Shown one piece after another: positions 37,907 to 50,225 of a DNA stretch of 64,000 nt. The stretch is from Haliotis rufescens (Eukaryota): the NCBI RefSeq assembly GCF_023055435.1, contig NW_025964334.1, positions 31,000,001 through 31,064,000 on the forward strand, in the 5' to 3' direction. The notes under the pieces were generated by a model. It had not been told where the DNA came from, did no database searches, and saw only the letters and a program-made list of their open reading frames with translations. The first letter of the stretch is position 1; each line of letters begins with the position of its first letter. The translations under genes were made by a program, and so were the position numbers.

Positions 37907-38050
37907 AATAATGGCAACGCTTTTTTTCAGGGCATTATCATTTGCAGAAGCCCTCTGACTTTTCAACTGCCCTCCTTCGTCGGGACGTTAATGGAAGACC
38001 TCGGGCTTCTGCAAATCATAATGCCCTGACAAATAGCGTTACCCTTATAT
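37907..38050. mobile_element. ~140-bp fold-back (MITE-like) element
   Basis: Arms ...AACGCT...TCAGGGCATTATCATTTGCAGAAGCCC and GGGCTTCTGCAAATCATAATGCCCTGA...AGCGTT. Confidence 0.78.
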
Positions 38051-39607
38051 TACAAGTCTTCTTTCCATACTCAAAAGATGAGGATATTTCTCCTATCTGA
38101 TTTGTTCGGTATTTTAGTGTAGTTTTCGTATTCTCAGTACTTAAATTCAATTACATTATGTATAATACTTAAATATCTTCAAATGTCCAGTTAAATAAGT
38201 GTTATTAATATTACCTCTCAAAAAGAGAAACGACCAAGATTCTAATATCCAAGTATGTGTTTATAAACACTGTTGGTATGTTGGTACGAATACCCACTGA
38301 TCTACATGAAAATTCTCATGGTGGTATTAATACTCTGCGATGTATATGACACTTATGGCTGTATTTGTACATGTACATGGGAAATAATAAATTTTTTTAC
38401 AAAAATTACATTACTTCTATACAAATTAGTTATGGATCAAAAGTCATCTATGTACTGTCACAATAGAGTATTTCATTTTCACAAGGTAAGACATTTTCTA
38501 GATATTCTACATACATATCTTGTTTTGTATTAATACATCATGTCATGATCTGAAGCTCAAACTTTGTCAAGGGGAACCTTAACATTATCACTGATTATTT
38601 GTACAGTAGTTGTATCCATTTTTGTATTTAAAAGAAACACAACAACCCTGGTATTTACTGTAACAGTACTGGATATCATAAATATTCTAATTATAACAAT
38701 TTCCATACCTATAGCTTACATCATCTGAAAATGATTTCAGGAAACATATTCAGGATACCAGCCTCTCTAAATCAAACGTGAGGTGTTTGCAAGTACTTGC
38801 AAAAACAGAAGCAGATCCTTCACTGGTATTTCCCTAAGTATTCTAAAGTCTTAAAATATCACCCTGTATTTGCAGTCCACAAACATTACTTCCACACCTT
38901 GACCTTAACCAAGACGACAATTACCAACTATTACCAAGTCTCAGGACTGTATAGGTATAAGTGTAACAGCAACAATGACCTTGGCCTTAGATGTAATTTG
39001 ATCAAAACCTTTTCACAAGCAGGGACCCATACTTGAGGTTTATACCAAGTTTAATGATACATGTACATGCATCAATACCACAAAAGTTTGAGCGAGAATT
39101 TTGGATTTCATTCCAGCAAAACCTTATGGGTCACAACATTATATTCTGTGAGTCTTTGGGTTTTGCCTGGAGACAGGATATGTTTTGGGTCATTGCTTCA
39201 AAACCTGTGCAATCTAATTTGTTTTTCACAACTCATTTCTTTCAGGATATCCAGCATGTCAGCAAACAATTTGTGGACAAACATTTTTTCTAGATTTATT
39301 CTGGAACTAATCTTTTTTTCCCCCAAAGGATTCCAGGGTTTTTTTCAAGATGAAATTATAAGCAGGATCCTGGGCTCTGATTTGTCCTGTCGTCAGAAAG
39401 TACCCCAGTGATCACTACCTCACTTCAGATGTATTAAATTATAAAAAGTTATGAGGATGTATTAAGTTATGATTATCAGTGGGCCAACACTGATAATCCT
39501 TTCACATTGGAAAGGAAACATTACATGTATTAGGAGGTATAGCCAGAGCTGTTAAAATAAAAACTCAAGGGTTAAAAATGGGGATTGGCCAATACCCTTA
39601 ACGATAA

Positions 39608-39762
39608 ACTGAGTGATTTTACGCCGCTTTTAGCAGTATTCCAGCAATATTATGAGAGGGGACACTGGAAATGGGCTTCACACATTTTACACATGTGGGG
39701 AATCAAACCCAGGTCTTTGGTGTGACGAGTGAATACTTAACCACTAGACTACCCCACCACCT
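39608..39762 (-). mobile_element. SINE family C
   Basis: Matches 9580-9738. Confidence 0.82.
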
Positions 39763-40365
39763 CATACTCTAAACAAACATTTGAAAGCAATTTGCATTGA
39801 CACCAGTTTACAATTACCAATAGAAATACACTGAATACCTGCATTTTCACAGTCCATTGCCTATAACTAGAAGAAATATCATAACAAACCTATAATAAAA
39901 CTCATAATACATACTTTTCAATTATGATTTGTTAAAAATATAGATATGAAAAATGTCAAAATGTGAACACTATGGATCAAAGTGCTCAGCTCGTGACAAG
40001 TTACTGAATTATCAAATTCACTTCTCTGTTTACAAAATTATCAAACACCTTGAATAATTACGTTTGATAAGTCTAGAAAGTAAATGCCATTGTATGCTTA
40101 TCTAGCATCAACAACTGCTGACAGGGAGGGAGGAGGAGGGTGGGTGGGAGATGCTTTGACTGATATGTCAGTTATCTCAAGTCATATCAGGGGGAAAGTA
40201 ATGCAGTTTACCACCATCACACCAAGGATCACAAATTGGTTGAATCAGGGAATGGAGGCTATGATCAGCCAATACTGGTACGACTAAGGGTCACAACTCT
40301 GCAAAACAAGCTGCATGAAAGCCAAACAAAAATATTATGGATTTTTAGCAAAGAAGTTTTCACTT

Positions 40366-40934
40366 TCATTTCAACTTATTAAATAAGTTTTTTTTATCAC
40401 AATCTAATCTTAGATGATGTAGCAGGGACTCAAAACATTGTTGTCTAGTTTTCTCGCTTTTCTTTAAATCATCTATCATAGCTGCAACAAAAGGGTCGTC
40501 TAAAGGAAAATGATCGTCCCTGCACTCTATATGGATCCCTGTCAAAACAGCCACACCTCTGCCAAATGTTGTTTTCACAATTGAAGCGGGAGCTCCTTCC
40601 ACTGATGAATATTTGGCTAGAATATCAAAATTTGGAACTAAGTCACTGGTATGCAAAGAGTTCTCTCCCCATGAGGGTGATCCCAAGTCTGTCTGATGGT
40701 CAATGGCTGCCCTGGGAATGGTTTCCAGTGTATGTCCAGAGAGTTGGTTTTCGAGGTGATCCTTCATGACGGCCTTGGCATGGTTGTATGGCTGAAAATG
40801 CCCCCCTCCGTTGAAGTAGGAATGAAATTTCACAACCTTTTGCAGATTTGAGTCCCAGAATTCTGTGGGCACTGCAACTGCACCTTGGAAGGAGTTGTAT
40901 TTGAAGTTTGGAAACACGGGACCTTCACAGAGAC
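40366..40934 (-). CDS. Stand-alone BPL_N (biotin-protein ligase N-terminal, class I GATase-like) protein, last exon
   Basis: Acceptor TTTTAG|GT; LCEGPVFPNFKYNS...YFNGGGHF...GRGVAVLTGIHIE; stop at 40366. Confidence 0.88.
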
Positions 40935-41759
40935 CTAAAAAGAGAGAGAATTATTTAAAGGGAGAGTGTTGCAATGGTTATGTACAACATGATGACAAAG
41001 TTTTGTTTATTTGTTGTTTAATGCTGCACTCGGCAATATTCCAGACATATGACGGTAGCCAGTACAAAATAGAATGACATGTAATAAAGAAGTTATCACG
41101 CATGTGTGTTTTGGGGTGCCAAATATCATCATTAGGAACAAACACGCCAAAGCTCCCTATATACAATGCTTATTCCTAATACAGGATATTTACCATCTCA
41201 AAAAAGCATGGCAAATGTAGCCTTCTAATTTCACCACTCGTTAACATTGTTGTCCACCTGTATCATGACTAGGAAACTCAAATGCGCTGTCTGCTGTATA
41301 TGTATGTAACCTACACCTTCTAAGTATATTACATGTCATGTCCCTTAATGTGAAAATATGTAACATCACATACTGACTTGAATAAAAAAATATCCAGTGG
41401 TTGATATTGTGAACAACGATCCATGTCGTCAGGGTAAGAGGACACACTATTAACCACGTCACCGAGCCTGACCACCCGATCCACCACTACGACCAGCAAT
41501 ATTGTGGGTACCCTTTAGAACCCAGAATCCCCACTGGGTGATCAAACAACTAAGGTTATATGCTGATTTGTTGAGTTAGTGAGTGCGTAATGATTACTTG
41601 TTTAGTGTTGCTTTTACCAATATTGCAGCCATATCCCAGCAGTCAGAAACTTGAATTCAGCTTCCAACAAACACTTCCCATGAACCACAGCATCAGTCAT
41701 AAAAGAACACTCACTCATTAATTGTGAATATTAAATATAATATACAAAAGTTCAAATAC

Positions 41760-41987
41760 CTGGGAAAAATTTCAGATGTCTTTCTCCACAAACATCTAAG
41801 GGTCCACCTTTGTCGAATTCAATAAAGTCACAGGCGAAGTAGCCCCCTGAACACAACCCGAGGTAGGACCCTCCTTGGAGGACATAGTTTCGGATAATCT
41901 GTATCCCACGATCCCCCAGTGCACGGATGAGACCAAGGTCATATCCTCCACCAACAGCAAGCAGTGCAGCGTCCTTGACCCAGTGAC
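41760..41987 (-). CDS. BPL_N protein, middle exon (not in the ORF track)
   Basis: 228 nt, phase 1-1; HWVKDAALLAVGGGYDLG...IRNYVLQGGSYLGLCSGGYFACDFIEF...GERHLKFFP. Confidence 0.92.
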
Positions 41988-42264
41988 CTGTCCAAGGTAA
42001 AGGACAAATTAAAAGTGGTGCAACTTGTTCAGTAAATTTCTTGTTTAAATACCCAAAGTATATATTTGATTCTCATAAATCACACTGTAAATGAGTGAAA
42101 TTAAGAATCAAGGTCAAGGGGTCCTGGTCATAACCATATAATGTCAAAGTTCAAAATGTCAAGTTTTGGGGGTCCCTAGATTCAAATACCATTGCATATA
42201 ACCTGAAAGACCCCAGGATCCGTCATAAATTGTCTTTATTTTCCACATTATTTGTGAGAAAAAA

Positions 42265-42447
42265 ATACAATTAACAGGATGATGTGTCAAACTGCATATT
42301 TACAAACGAACCTGTCCTTAATATGCAAAGAAGTTTAAATGAATTTTTTTAATGTGGGCATGCAAAATATATACAATTAACAGGAGAATGTGTCAAACTG
42401 GATTCTATAAACAAACCTGTCCTCAATATGCAAAGACGCTTAAATGA
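42265..42447. repeat. Local direct duplication (~78 bp, offset ~105)
   Basis: ATACAATTAACAGGA...TGTGTCAAACTG...AATATGCAAAGA occurs twice. Confidence 0.8.
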
Positions 42448-43910
42448 TAAGAAATGTCTTTGGTCACTGTTCATTTGTCATGGGTTAAAACATCCCATTA
42501 CCCAATGATCAGGACAAGCAAATTTTCTAACGCGGTTCGCATAAAACAGCTGTTCGATTAAACTGACTTTAGCTTGCGCTATGTCACGTGACTTCCACTG
42601 ACTCAGAAAAAGCGTGCTGCTTTTTGCTTTTAAGCAGGGTATAAGGGATTTATTCTGCCTCTCAGAAATCCATGTGTAGCCTGACGTGCTCGTGGCGGGG
42701 TATAAGATTTATTCCCCAGCTGAGAAATTTATTACCCTCAAAGACGGGATACACAGTATTTTATCAAGATCACATGGACCAATCAGATCTCATCATCATG
42801 ACATGGAAGTATGAATAGTAAGAGTTGTTGTCAATCGATCATTATATGTCAAAATCTTATTTTTCAAATAGCCAGACCAAAAGATGCCTTAATGTTGCAA
42901 ATGTTGATTGTTTTCTTCTAAAATAGTGACTCATCAAACTGTACCATATGTAAAAAACTAACCGGTAATATACCAAAATATTACACTTTTGATCAATGTT
43001 ATTTTAAATATATACAGTGTTTCACATAGTCAACAATAAATCATTGACGTGTGAACATCTGATCAATATTTTCAAACTATTTTAAAAGATCATTACACAC
43101 AATAATCTTAATGTATGTGTATAAAAAAAAATGCTAACATAATAACATGACAGGAAATACAAAGCTGTACATCACCCTGTATTATAATTTTTTATCGCAA
43201 AATAAAACTTTTCATTCAAAATGTCTCTTGTGAGAAATTGTTTTCCAAAATGAACATTGTGATATTCTGATAATCATGACACTTCTCCCAAAATGTATGA
43301 AAGAGTTCAACCTTTTAAGCAGCCATGAAGAAATGGGCTATCACTTGCATGGGTACATGTCATGTCATCAGTTTTTAATCACTTTTTTAAATGTAGAGTT
43401 TCGTTCAACAACAAACTCAATCAGGCAAGCGGTTTTATCATATTTATTGTCCTTGGGCAAATCAATTAAAAAATATGGACTCCCTGCACTGAAGCTCACT
43501 TGGATGTGTAGTTATTAGTCAACAGTTCCAAATGTGAACAACAGCTGCTGTCAACGCTGAATATCCTCACTACATTTCCTCAATGCTTAATACAGCGTAG
43601 TAATCAGTAACAAAGGAACATATTCATTTCCTGATTTTATGACACTTCAACCTCACCATATGGTAAACAAAGCATGTGTTTTAGTGTTGGCTATATAATA
43701 AAATAATTAAAAAAGACTGCAAATAGAAATAATTTCAAATTTAACACGTTTATTTATTAATAAAAGCAGCAAGGCTCTCTGTTATATCTTTCCAATGCCA
43801 TCAACTTGATAAACTAAACTGCTAATTATACATAGGTTGTATCATAGACCATACACTATTATGTTATGGCCCCTGGTTATATATACAAGGCTATCCATGA
43901 CGCAACTTAC

Positions 43911-44091
43911 CCTTGATGATGTCAGCAGGTTCAATATAAGCAACTGTGTATGTCTCCTTAACAGCCCCCTTCAGCGATGCAAACAGCTCCATGCGACACT
44001 TCTCTTCAGCCCCTTCCCCATGATACACGTACACCTTACGTTTAGACATCCTCAGCAGTTGCATCAGAGAAAGAAGCCCTAAATACACCAT
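43911..44091 (-). CDS. BPL_N protein, first coding exon (start at 44091 or 44049 uncertain)
   Basis: Acceptor TTTCAG| at 44115; MSKRKVYVYHGEGA...; donor AAGG|GTAAGT in phase 1. Confidence 0.82.
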
Positions 44092-46908
44092 CCACGCTCT
44101 CACAAAGCCACCACCTGAAAACCAATGTCAAAACCGTTAAAGAGAAATTCTATATCGACCCTGTTTGGGAGCACATGTGTGGAGCCCCACCACCATGTCT
44201 TCAGCATGGCTCGCGAGTCGTGCTTTGTAATTCTAGTTCAATAAATACGTTTGGACATTAATTGTTATTGCACAAACTCACATTTTGAAGTCGCGGTGGC
44301 ATATTTCGTTACACTACAGTATTATCGAATGGCAGGTGTTGAACATGATAAATGTTCATGGACTTCAGTGAGGCGATCACTCGTACGATTCGTGATTTTA
44401 TGAAATTGTGGATCAATCGTTGCTAAAACGACACAGGAATGTGTCACATATGCAGCATCGTCAATAGTAGTAGTAATGTTTACAAAAGTACCATTTTGGT
44501 ACAACATATTCTCCATGATTTACACATTAACATAATTTTATATATACTATTATTTCAACTTATAAAAATGTATTTTAATCGTTTTATGATTGGTTGAATA
44601 ATATATCTACAAACAGAATTAATACATATCATCAATGATCATGATGCGATACATTTGCCAGGAATAAATAAGTGCTCGTTCTATAACCTACGATAAACAA
44701 TCGGAATTATTCCCTCGAACATTCACCATTCAGCGGTCGAAAAGTTTTCACACGCCTCTTATCGTGGCGAAGATGTAAAAGCTTTACCCACATGCACACT
44801 TTAATTAACCATGTTGAGCAACTCATATCGGAAGTAGAGTAAATGAACAGAATATTAATATACCTTTCAGATCAATTTTTCATTTCAGCGCTCCCTGTTT
44901 TTTCCCCAGCTACTGAGTATTTGTCACAATTTATCAATGGCTATTGTTAGCTTTCTGTGGGTATTCAATATATATTGAACCCCACTGGTTCCAGTCTATT
45001 GAGTATATTTACACCAGTCATTAGATATTTGTATAAATAATTCTTTATAATGATTTTTTTTCTTAAAATGCTGTTTCAGGTTACTTCTAATTTGTATCTG
45101 TTCCTGTGCAGTCCCAAGCGTGTACTCACAACAGCGATACACATGTCTAATAACAAAGCGAGTTCACGTATGTGTGATGCCTGTATAATTCGATCAATAG
45201 ATAAAGATCGGAAAAGAAATACAAGCCCGCAAACATTGGGTGATAACTCAGTGTTGTCATACTATTGTTTAATTTTTTTTTATTTCCTGATTAGTTGTAC
45301 GCAAGCAACTCACAATTAACTGGGAATGTATTTTATACACATACACAACTTATCTGGAGCTCTGTCATTGTCAATGGCAAATCATGAATGTAAACGCCCA
45401 GCCCTGGATATTGTGCAATGAATGTTCGACAGCTTGATTCCGGAGAGCTTCTGAGACAGATGTGATGTCTTTTTAGGCAAGTGATTTTGCAAGAAATATG
45501 CCTGTTTATCCAGCAGTGAATGGGTAGCCAGTAGGATGAGATGGTTATGGGACTGTTAAAATTTAAAATATAAATATGCACATTATATTATCGTTATTAT
45601 ACAGACGAACATAACCCTGTGGTGACCTCCGACCTTTTGAAAATATAATACGGACCAATGACCAAAAGAAAACAAACAAAAATACCTTTTTCTAAATAAA
45701 ATAATACATGGAGTGTATTATCATGTCACATACCTCACCCCCACATCCACCCGTACCCCGCCATTTAGGAAATCCTGTATCCGTCTATGATAAGACCACG
45801 TCGTGTTACTGGAATATTGCTATCGGTGTAAAAACAAACTCACACAAACCTAGGGGGTGGGTGGGGAGGGATTGGTGGGAAATGGTGTGTGTGTGTGTGT
45901 GTGTGTGTGTGGCGATGATTAGATACTTCTTTCAGTTACAGCTGCAAAACCAGCATATACAGTCTGAAGCAAAACTATATTTTTCAAGGATTATCGGGGA
46001 AAACTTATTTCTTTCGATTAATCACAATATAATCGGCAGGAACTATAAACTTTCTGTAACAAAAGACACACTGATCGGAGTATCGGTTTAGCAGGTCCGG
46101 ACTAGCGCGGTTTCAGTGTATATGGTAGCCCCACACCCGTCAACATATTCTATTTCCCTCGGAAAAACGGTAAATTAGTACAACATTTTAATACTTACAG
46201 CTGCTACACGGAATAGTACTTTAAACACGACCTTGAAAATTAATGAATCAACATTAATGAATAGGTCCATTTCCGCACAAAAAGTCAGACTTTACAATTT
46301 CCCATGCCATGTGTTTAACATGTCGATGTCCAATTTCAGGTCACAGGTGTCTATCATTCACGTAAACATGACAATCTGAGTTGCAATGCGGTGTGAAATA
46401 GCACAGCTCGAACCCACGATGAAGTCATGGCCATCCGCTATTGTATGTAACAATCAAACTACCGCCTACATTGTTAAACAATGTTGAATGTGTTTGTGAC
46501 TAGCACACTGCTCTGGATAACATCCACTCGGTGAGATGCGGCATGGATAATTCAGTGCCTCACGGGGAAAATAGTTCCTGTAGAGATGTAACAATTGGAT
46601 TAAGACGGGTCTACCTACCGGCATTTCGTTTGCACTGGCAACTGTATCGAGAATATTGTTATGAGTTAGCATCACGGACAGAGCGAACCAACGTTTCAAT
46701 GTCAGAGCTTCGGCAATGATGAGGCTCTAAAAGGATGGGTCATGCCACCGAGAATCACAATTTCGAGCAACCATAAACATTCCATGTAGAATTTGGTGTG
46801 ATATCTAAACCCTCATGCATTAAATGCGCTTATCAAACCTTTTTTCTGTTTACCTTATACATATTCAGGAATATATTTCCTTGAGTGAAAAGTCAATTAA
46901 TAATCAAT

Positions 46909-47473
46909 ATGACGACAGGGGACTCTGATATTGGCTTGGCGAATGGAGTGATGACTACATCTCCAGATGAACCGTCTTCACAAAGTAAAGAACCGATGCA
47001 ACCCTTCACTCCTGAAGACGAGATAGAGTCTGAAACATGTCTGCTGCAAGATCACGAAGACAAAGACAAGAAGATCATCCACCTTGATGAAGCCCTATCA
47101 CAAATTAAGTTTGGACTCTTCCACATAAAGATGCTGATTCTCGCTGGCGGTGGATATTTCGCCGTTTGTTCTGAAATTCTGGTGTTTGTTTTCCTCAGTG
47201 AACCCGTGAAGAAGGAATGGAATCTCAATCACTATGACTTTGCCTGGCTTCCTTTCTTCAGTGGAGTGTGTGGTATTGTCGGAGGTTATGTTTTTGGCGT
47301 GCTGAGCGACAGGATTGGACGCCAGATTCCCTTCATCGTGTCAATATCAGTGTGTTGTGTGTTTGGGGTGGCATCGGCATTTGCTCCTTCCTACATCCTC
47401 CTGGTGATACTGCGATCCCTCGTCTCTGTCGGGACTGGGGGACTGGAGTCCGTGGACTTTGTCCTGCTGCTGG
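46909..47473 (+). CDS. SVOP/SV2-like MFS transporter, coding exon 1
   Basis: Acceptor at 46868; LDEALSQIKFGLFH, MFS motif A GVLSDRIGR; donor G|GTCAGT in phase 1. Confidence 0.92.
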
Positions 47474-47493
47474 GTCAGTATGTAATAGTTATA

Positions 47494-47733
47494 GTGAGTG
47501 AGTGAGTGAGTTGAACGCCGCTTTGAACAGTATATCACTTATGCCGCCGTGTTAGCTTAATAAAGGAAAGCGCAAATGATGCAGGTCTTAGCGATTTATC
47601 ACTTTGTTGAAAGCACCGGCACTGGTATTAGCTAATAGCTGAGGAACTTAGGTATCATAACCAAGGCCAATCTGGGATTCGAACCCACTAACATCGGATC
47701 CTGGCATGCCTGGGGGACGCAACTATGCACAGT
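47494..47733 (-). mobile_element. SINE family A, diverged
   Basis: (GTGA)n tail and GGGATTCGAACCC. Confidence 0.75.
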
Positions 47734-47736
47734 TAT

Positions 47737-47977
47737 GTTTTTTGTTTGTTTGGTGTTTAACGCCGCACTCCGCAATATTCCAGCTATATGACAACGGTCT
47801 GTAAATAATCGAGTTTGGATTAGATAATCCAGTGATCGATCGATCTACGCAATTGGGATATGATGACATGCTTCAACCAAGCCTTACCACCCGATCCCGT
47901 TAGCCCCGACAAGCATAGTCACCTTTTACGGCAAGCATGGGTTGCTGAAGACCTATTCTAACTCAGATCTTCACGGG
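47737..47977 (-). mobile_element. Retroposon family B
   Basis: Minus strand CCCGTGAAGATCTGAGTTAGAATAGGTCTTC...GCGGCGTTAAAC. Confidence 0.87.
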
Positions 47978-48281
47978 ATATGGCCAGACGCATTCTCCAT
48001 CTCTTTTGACTACACTAATCATTGACACGCACAATACGGCAGATCAGATCCGAATGTGTGAGGTCCTTCTTTGTGGCGTTAACTGCCGTGATATTGCTGA
48101 ATGTGCCGGGAAAGCACACTCTTGTAAAAGGTTATATTTTGAAACCATTATGTTTGTGGGACCAGTTTATCACAGCCACACATTGAGATACTTTTATAGT
48201 CTAGTTGTGGAGTTATAACTATATAAATGTGTATCTCAATCGTCCTGTGGGGACTGTGTGATTACAATGAATTTAATGTTA

Positions 48282-48424
48282 GCCGCTTTTAGCAATATTC
48301 CAGCAACATCACGGCAGGGGACACCATGAATTGGCTTCACACATTGGACCCATGTGGGGAATCGAACCCAGGGCTTCGGCGAGTGGAGCGAACGCTTTAT
48401 CCACAAGGCTACCAAATCGCCGCC
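48282..48424 (-). mobile_element. SINE family C
   Basis: Matches 9580-9738; explains the N-terminus of ORF 48354. Confidence 0.8.
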
Positions 48425-48492
48425 TGTGATTACAAATGATGGTAATCATATGCTTTTCTTCTGCTTTCATCTTTTCTTGTTTTTGATTGCAG

Positions 48493-48774
48493 AATTTCTT
48501 CCAAAACGAAACCGAGGCTCTTACATGGTGTTCATTACATTCTGTGGTGCTCTCGGTGCTGTGGCTGCGGGGGGTTTTGCGTGGCTCATCCTGCCTCGCT
48601 TTGGATGGAGGTGGTTTGTCGGCGCATGTGCAGTTCCGTCCATAATCGTGTTTATTCTGAGATTCATCGTGCGAACAGAATCACCACGTTATCTCATGAT
48701 AAGCGGCCAGAAGGAAAAAGCAATGAAGGTTCTTAAGAATATAGCAACACAAAATAAAACGGAATTACCCGAAG
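48493..48774 (+). CDS. SVOP/SV2-like MFS transporter, coding exon 2
   Basis: TTGCAG| acceptor; EFLPKRNRG...GWRW...TESPRYL; donor AAG|GTAAGG; 282 nt, phase 1-1. Confidence 0.93.
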
Positions 48775-48957
48775 GTAAGGCATGTGACATATCTCCATAT
48801 AATTGAAATAAACTCAGCCCTAATTTTCTTTATTTTCAAATACTAGTATCCTGAACAGTGTATCTGATTTGGAAACCACAAAACTAAACTCATTAAAGTC
48901 CTATCTTAGTGCTCGCTACCGCTACACTTTGACCTGAGGACATCTCATTACAGGTCA

Positions 48958-49039
48958 ATTGTGTATATATCAACTTGGTCTCGTCGCTATATGGCTGAAA
49001 TAATGCCGATGTGACGTTAAATTTTAACTCACTCACTCA
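48958..49039 (+). mobile_element. Heavily 5'-truncated retroposon tail with 14-bp TSD
   Basis: TSD CTCATTACAGGTCA at 48944-48957 and 49040-49053; tail GATGTGACGTTAAA...(ACTC)n. Confidence 0.85.
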
Positions 49040-49253
49040 CTCATTACAGGTCACGTCAGAACGATCATTCATCCAACCAATCACAGCGTCGTCCATCAGA
49101 TGCTAAAGCTAAAGTCCCAATGTGTTTTCTAATCATAGGTTAACACCAGGCAATAAATGAAATGGCACACAACCTTTTTCAGAGGCGTAAATAAGTATTG
49201 TCCACAGGAAGATAAAATAAAACAGATGCTCGGAGTGTTTCAAAAACTCGACG

Positions 49254-50111
49254 AGAAGAATTTTATTTATTTTGAACACTTCAATATCAATATTGTAATG
49301 AAATTCCGTTTTCTTTAGTGAAGAACGAGGTGTGGAAGTCTACGGAAGCGTAGTAGGGCCACGGTGATTTTTTTGTCAAAGTATCTCCTACGTAGAACTT
49401 ATTATCTCCTACGCAGGACTTAGTATCTTCTACGTAGGACTTAGTATCTCCTACGTAGGACTTAATCAATGAGGCTTGAATAGAACACACTATATATCAG
49501 TACTAAGTCCTACGGAGATACTAAGTCCTACGTAGGAGATATAAAGTCCTACGTAGGAGATACTAAGTCCTACGTAGGAGATATAAAGTCCTACGTAAGA
49601 GATAGTAAGTCCTACGTAGGAGATAGTAATTCCTACGTGGGAGACAGTAAGAAGAAGAATTTAATTTATTTTGAACACTTCAATCTCAATATTGTAATGA
49701 AATTCCGTTTTCTTTAGTGAAGAACGAGGTGTGGAAGTCTATGGAAGCGTAGTAGGGCCACGCTGAATTTTTTGTCTAAGTATCTCCTACGTAGAACTTA
49801 TTATCTCCTACGCAGGACTTAGTATCTCCTACGTATGACTTCCTATCTCCTACGTAGGACTTAATCAATGAGGCTTGAATAGAACACGCTATATATCAGT
49901 ACTAAGTCCTACGGAGATACTAAGTCCTACGTAGGAGATATAAAGTCCTACGTAGGAGATACTAAGTCCTACGTAGGAGATAGTAAGTCCTACGTAGGAG
50001 ATTGTAAGTCCTACGTGGGAGACAGTAAGTCCTACGTAGGAGAAACTCAGTCCTACGTAGAAGATACTTAGACAAAAAACAATTTCACCGTGGCCCCACT
50101 ACGCCTCCGTA
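49254..50111. mobile_element. TA-flanked MITE with inverted arrays of a 21-bp unit, partly tandem-duplicated (period 399)
   Basis: TIR CGGA(A/G)GCGTAGT(A/G)GGGCCACGGTGA at 49343 and 49742, and inverted ending at 50109; unit AGTATCTCCTACGTAGGACTT. Confidence 0.88.
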
Positions 50112-50125
50112 GAAGTCAGAGTAAT

Positions 50126-50169
50126 ATACCTACCTACCTACCTACCTACCTACCTACCTACCTACCTAC
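50126..50169. repeat. (TACC)n microsatellite
   Basis: Read directly from sequence. Confidence 0.95.
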
Positions 50170-50225
50170 ATGTATCCTTTGATATGTTGACGCTATTATG
50201 GTAAGACACATGGTGTTTGTTTCAG

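Noticed and set aside
40366-44091. Calling the gene holocarboxylase synthetase (HLCS/BPL1)
   Set aside because: Only the N-terminal domain is present; no biotin-ligase catalytic motifs were seen
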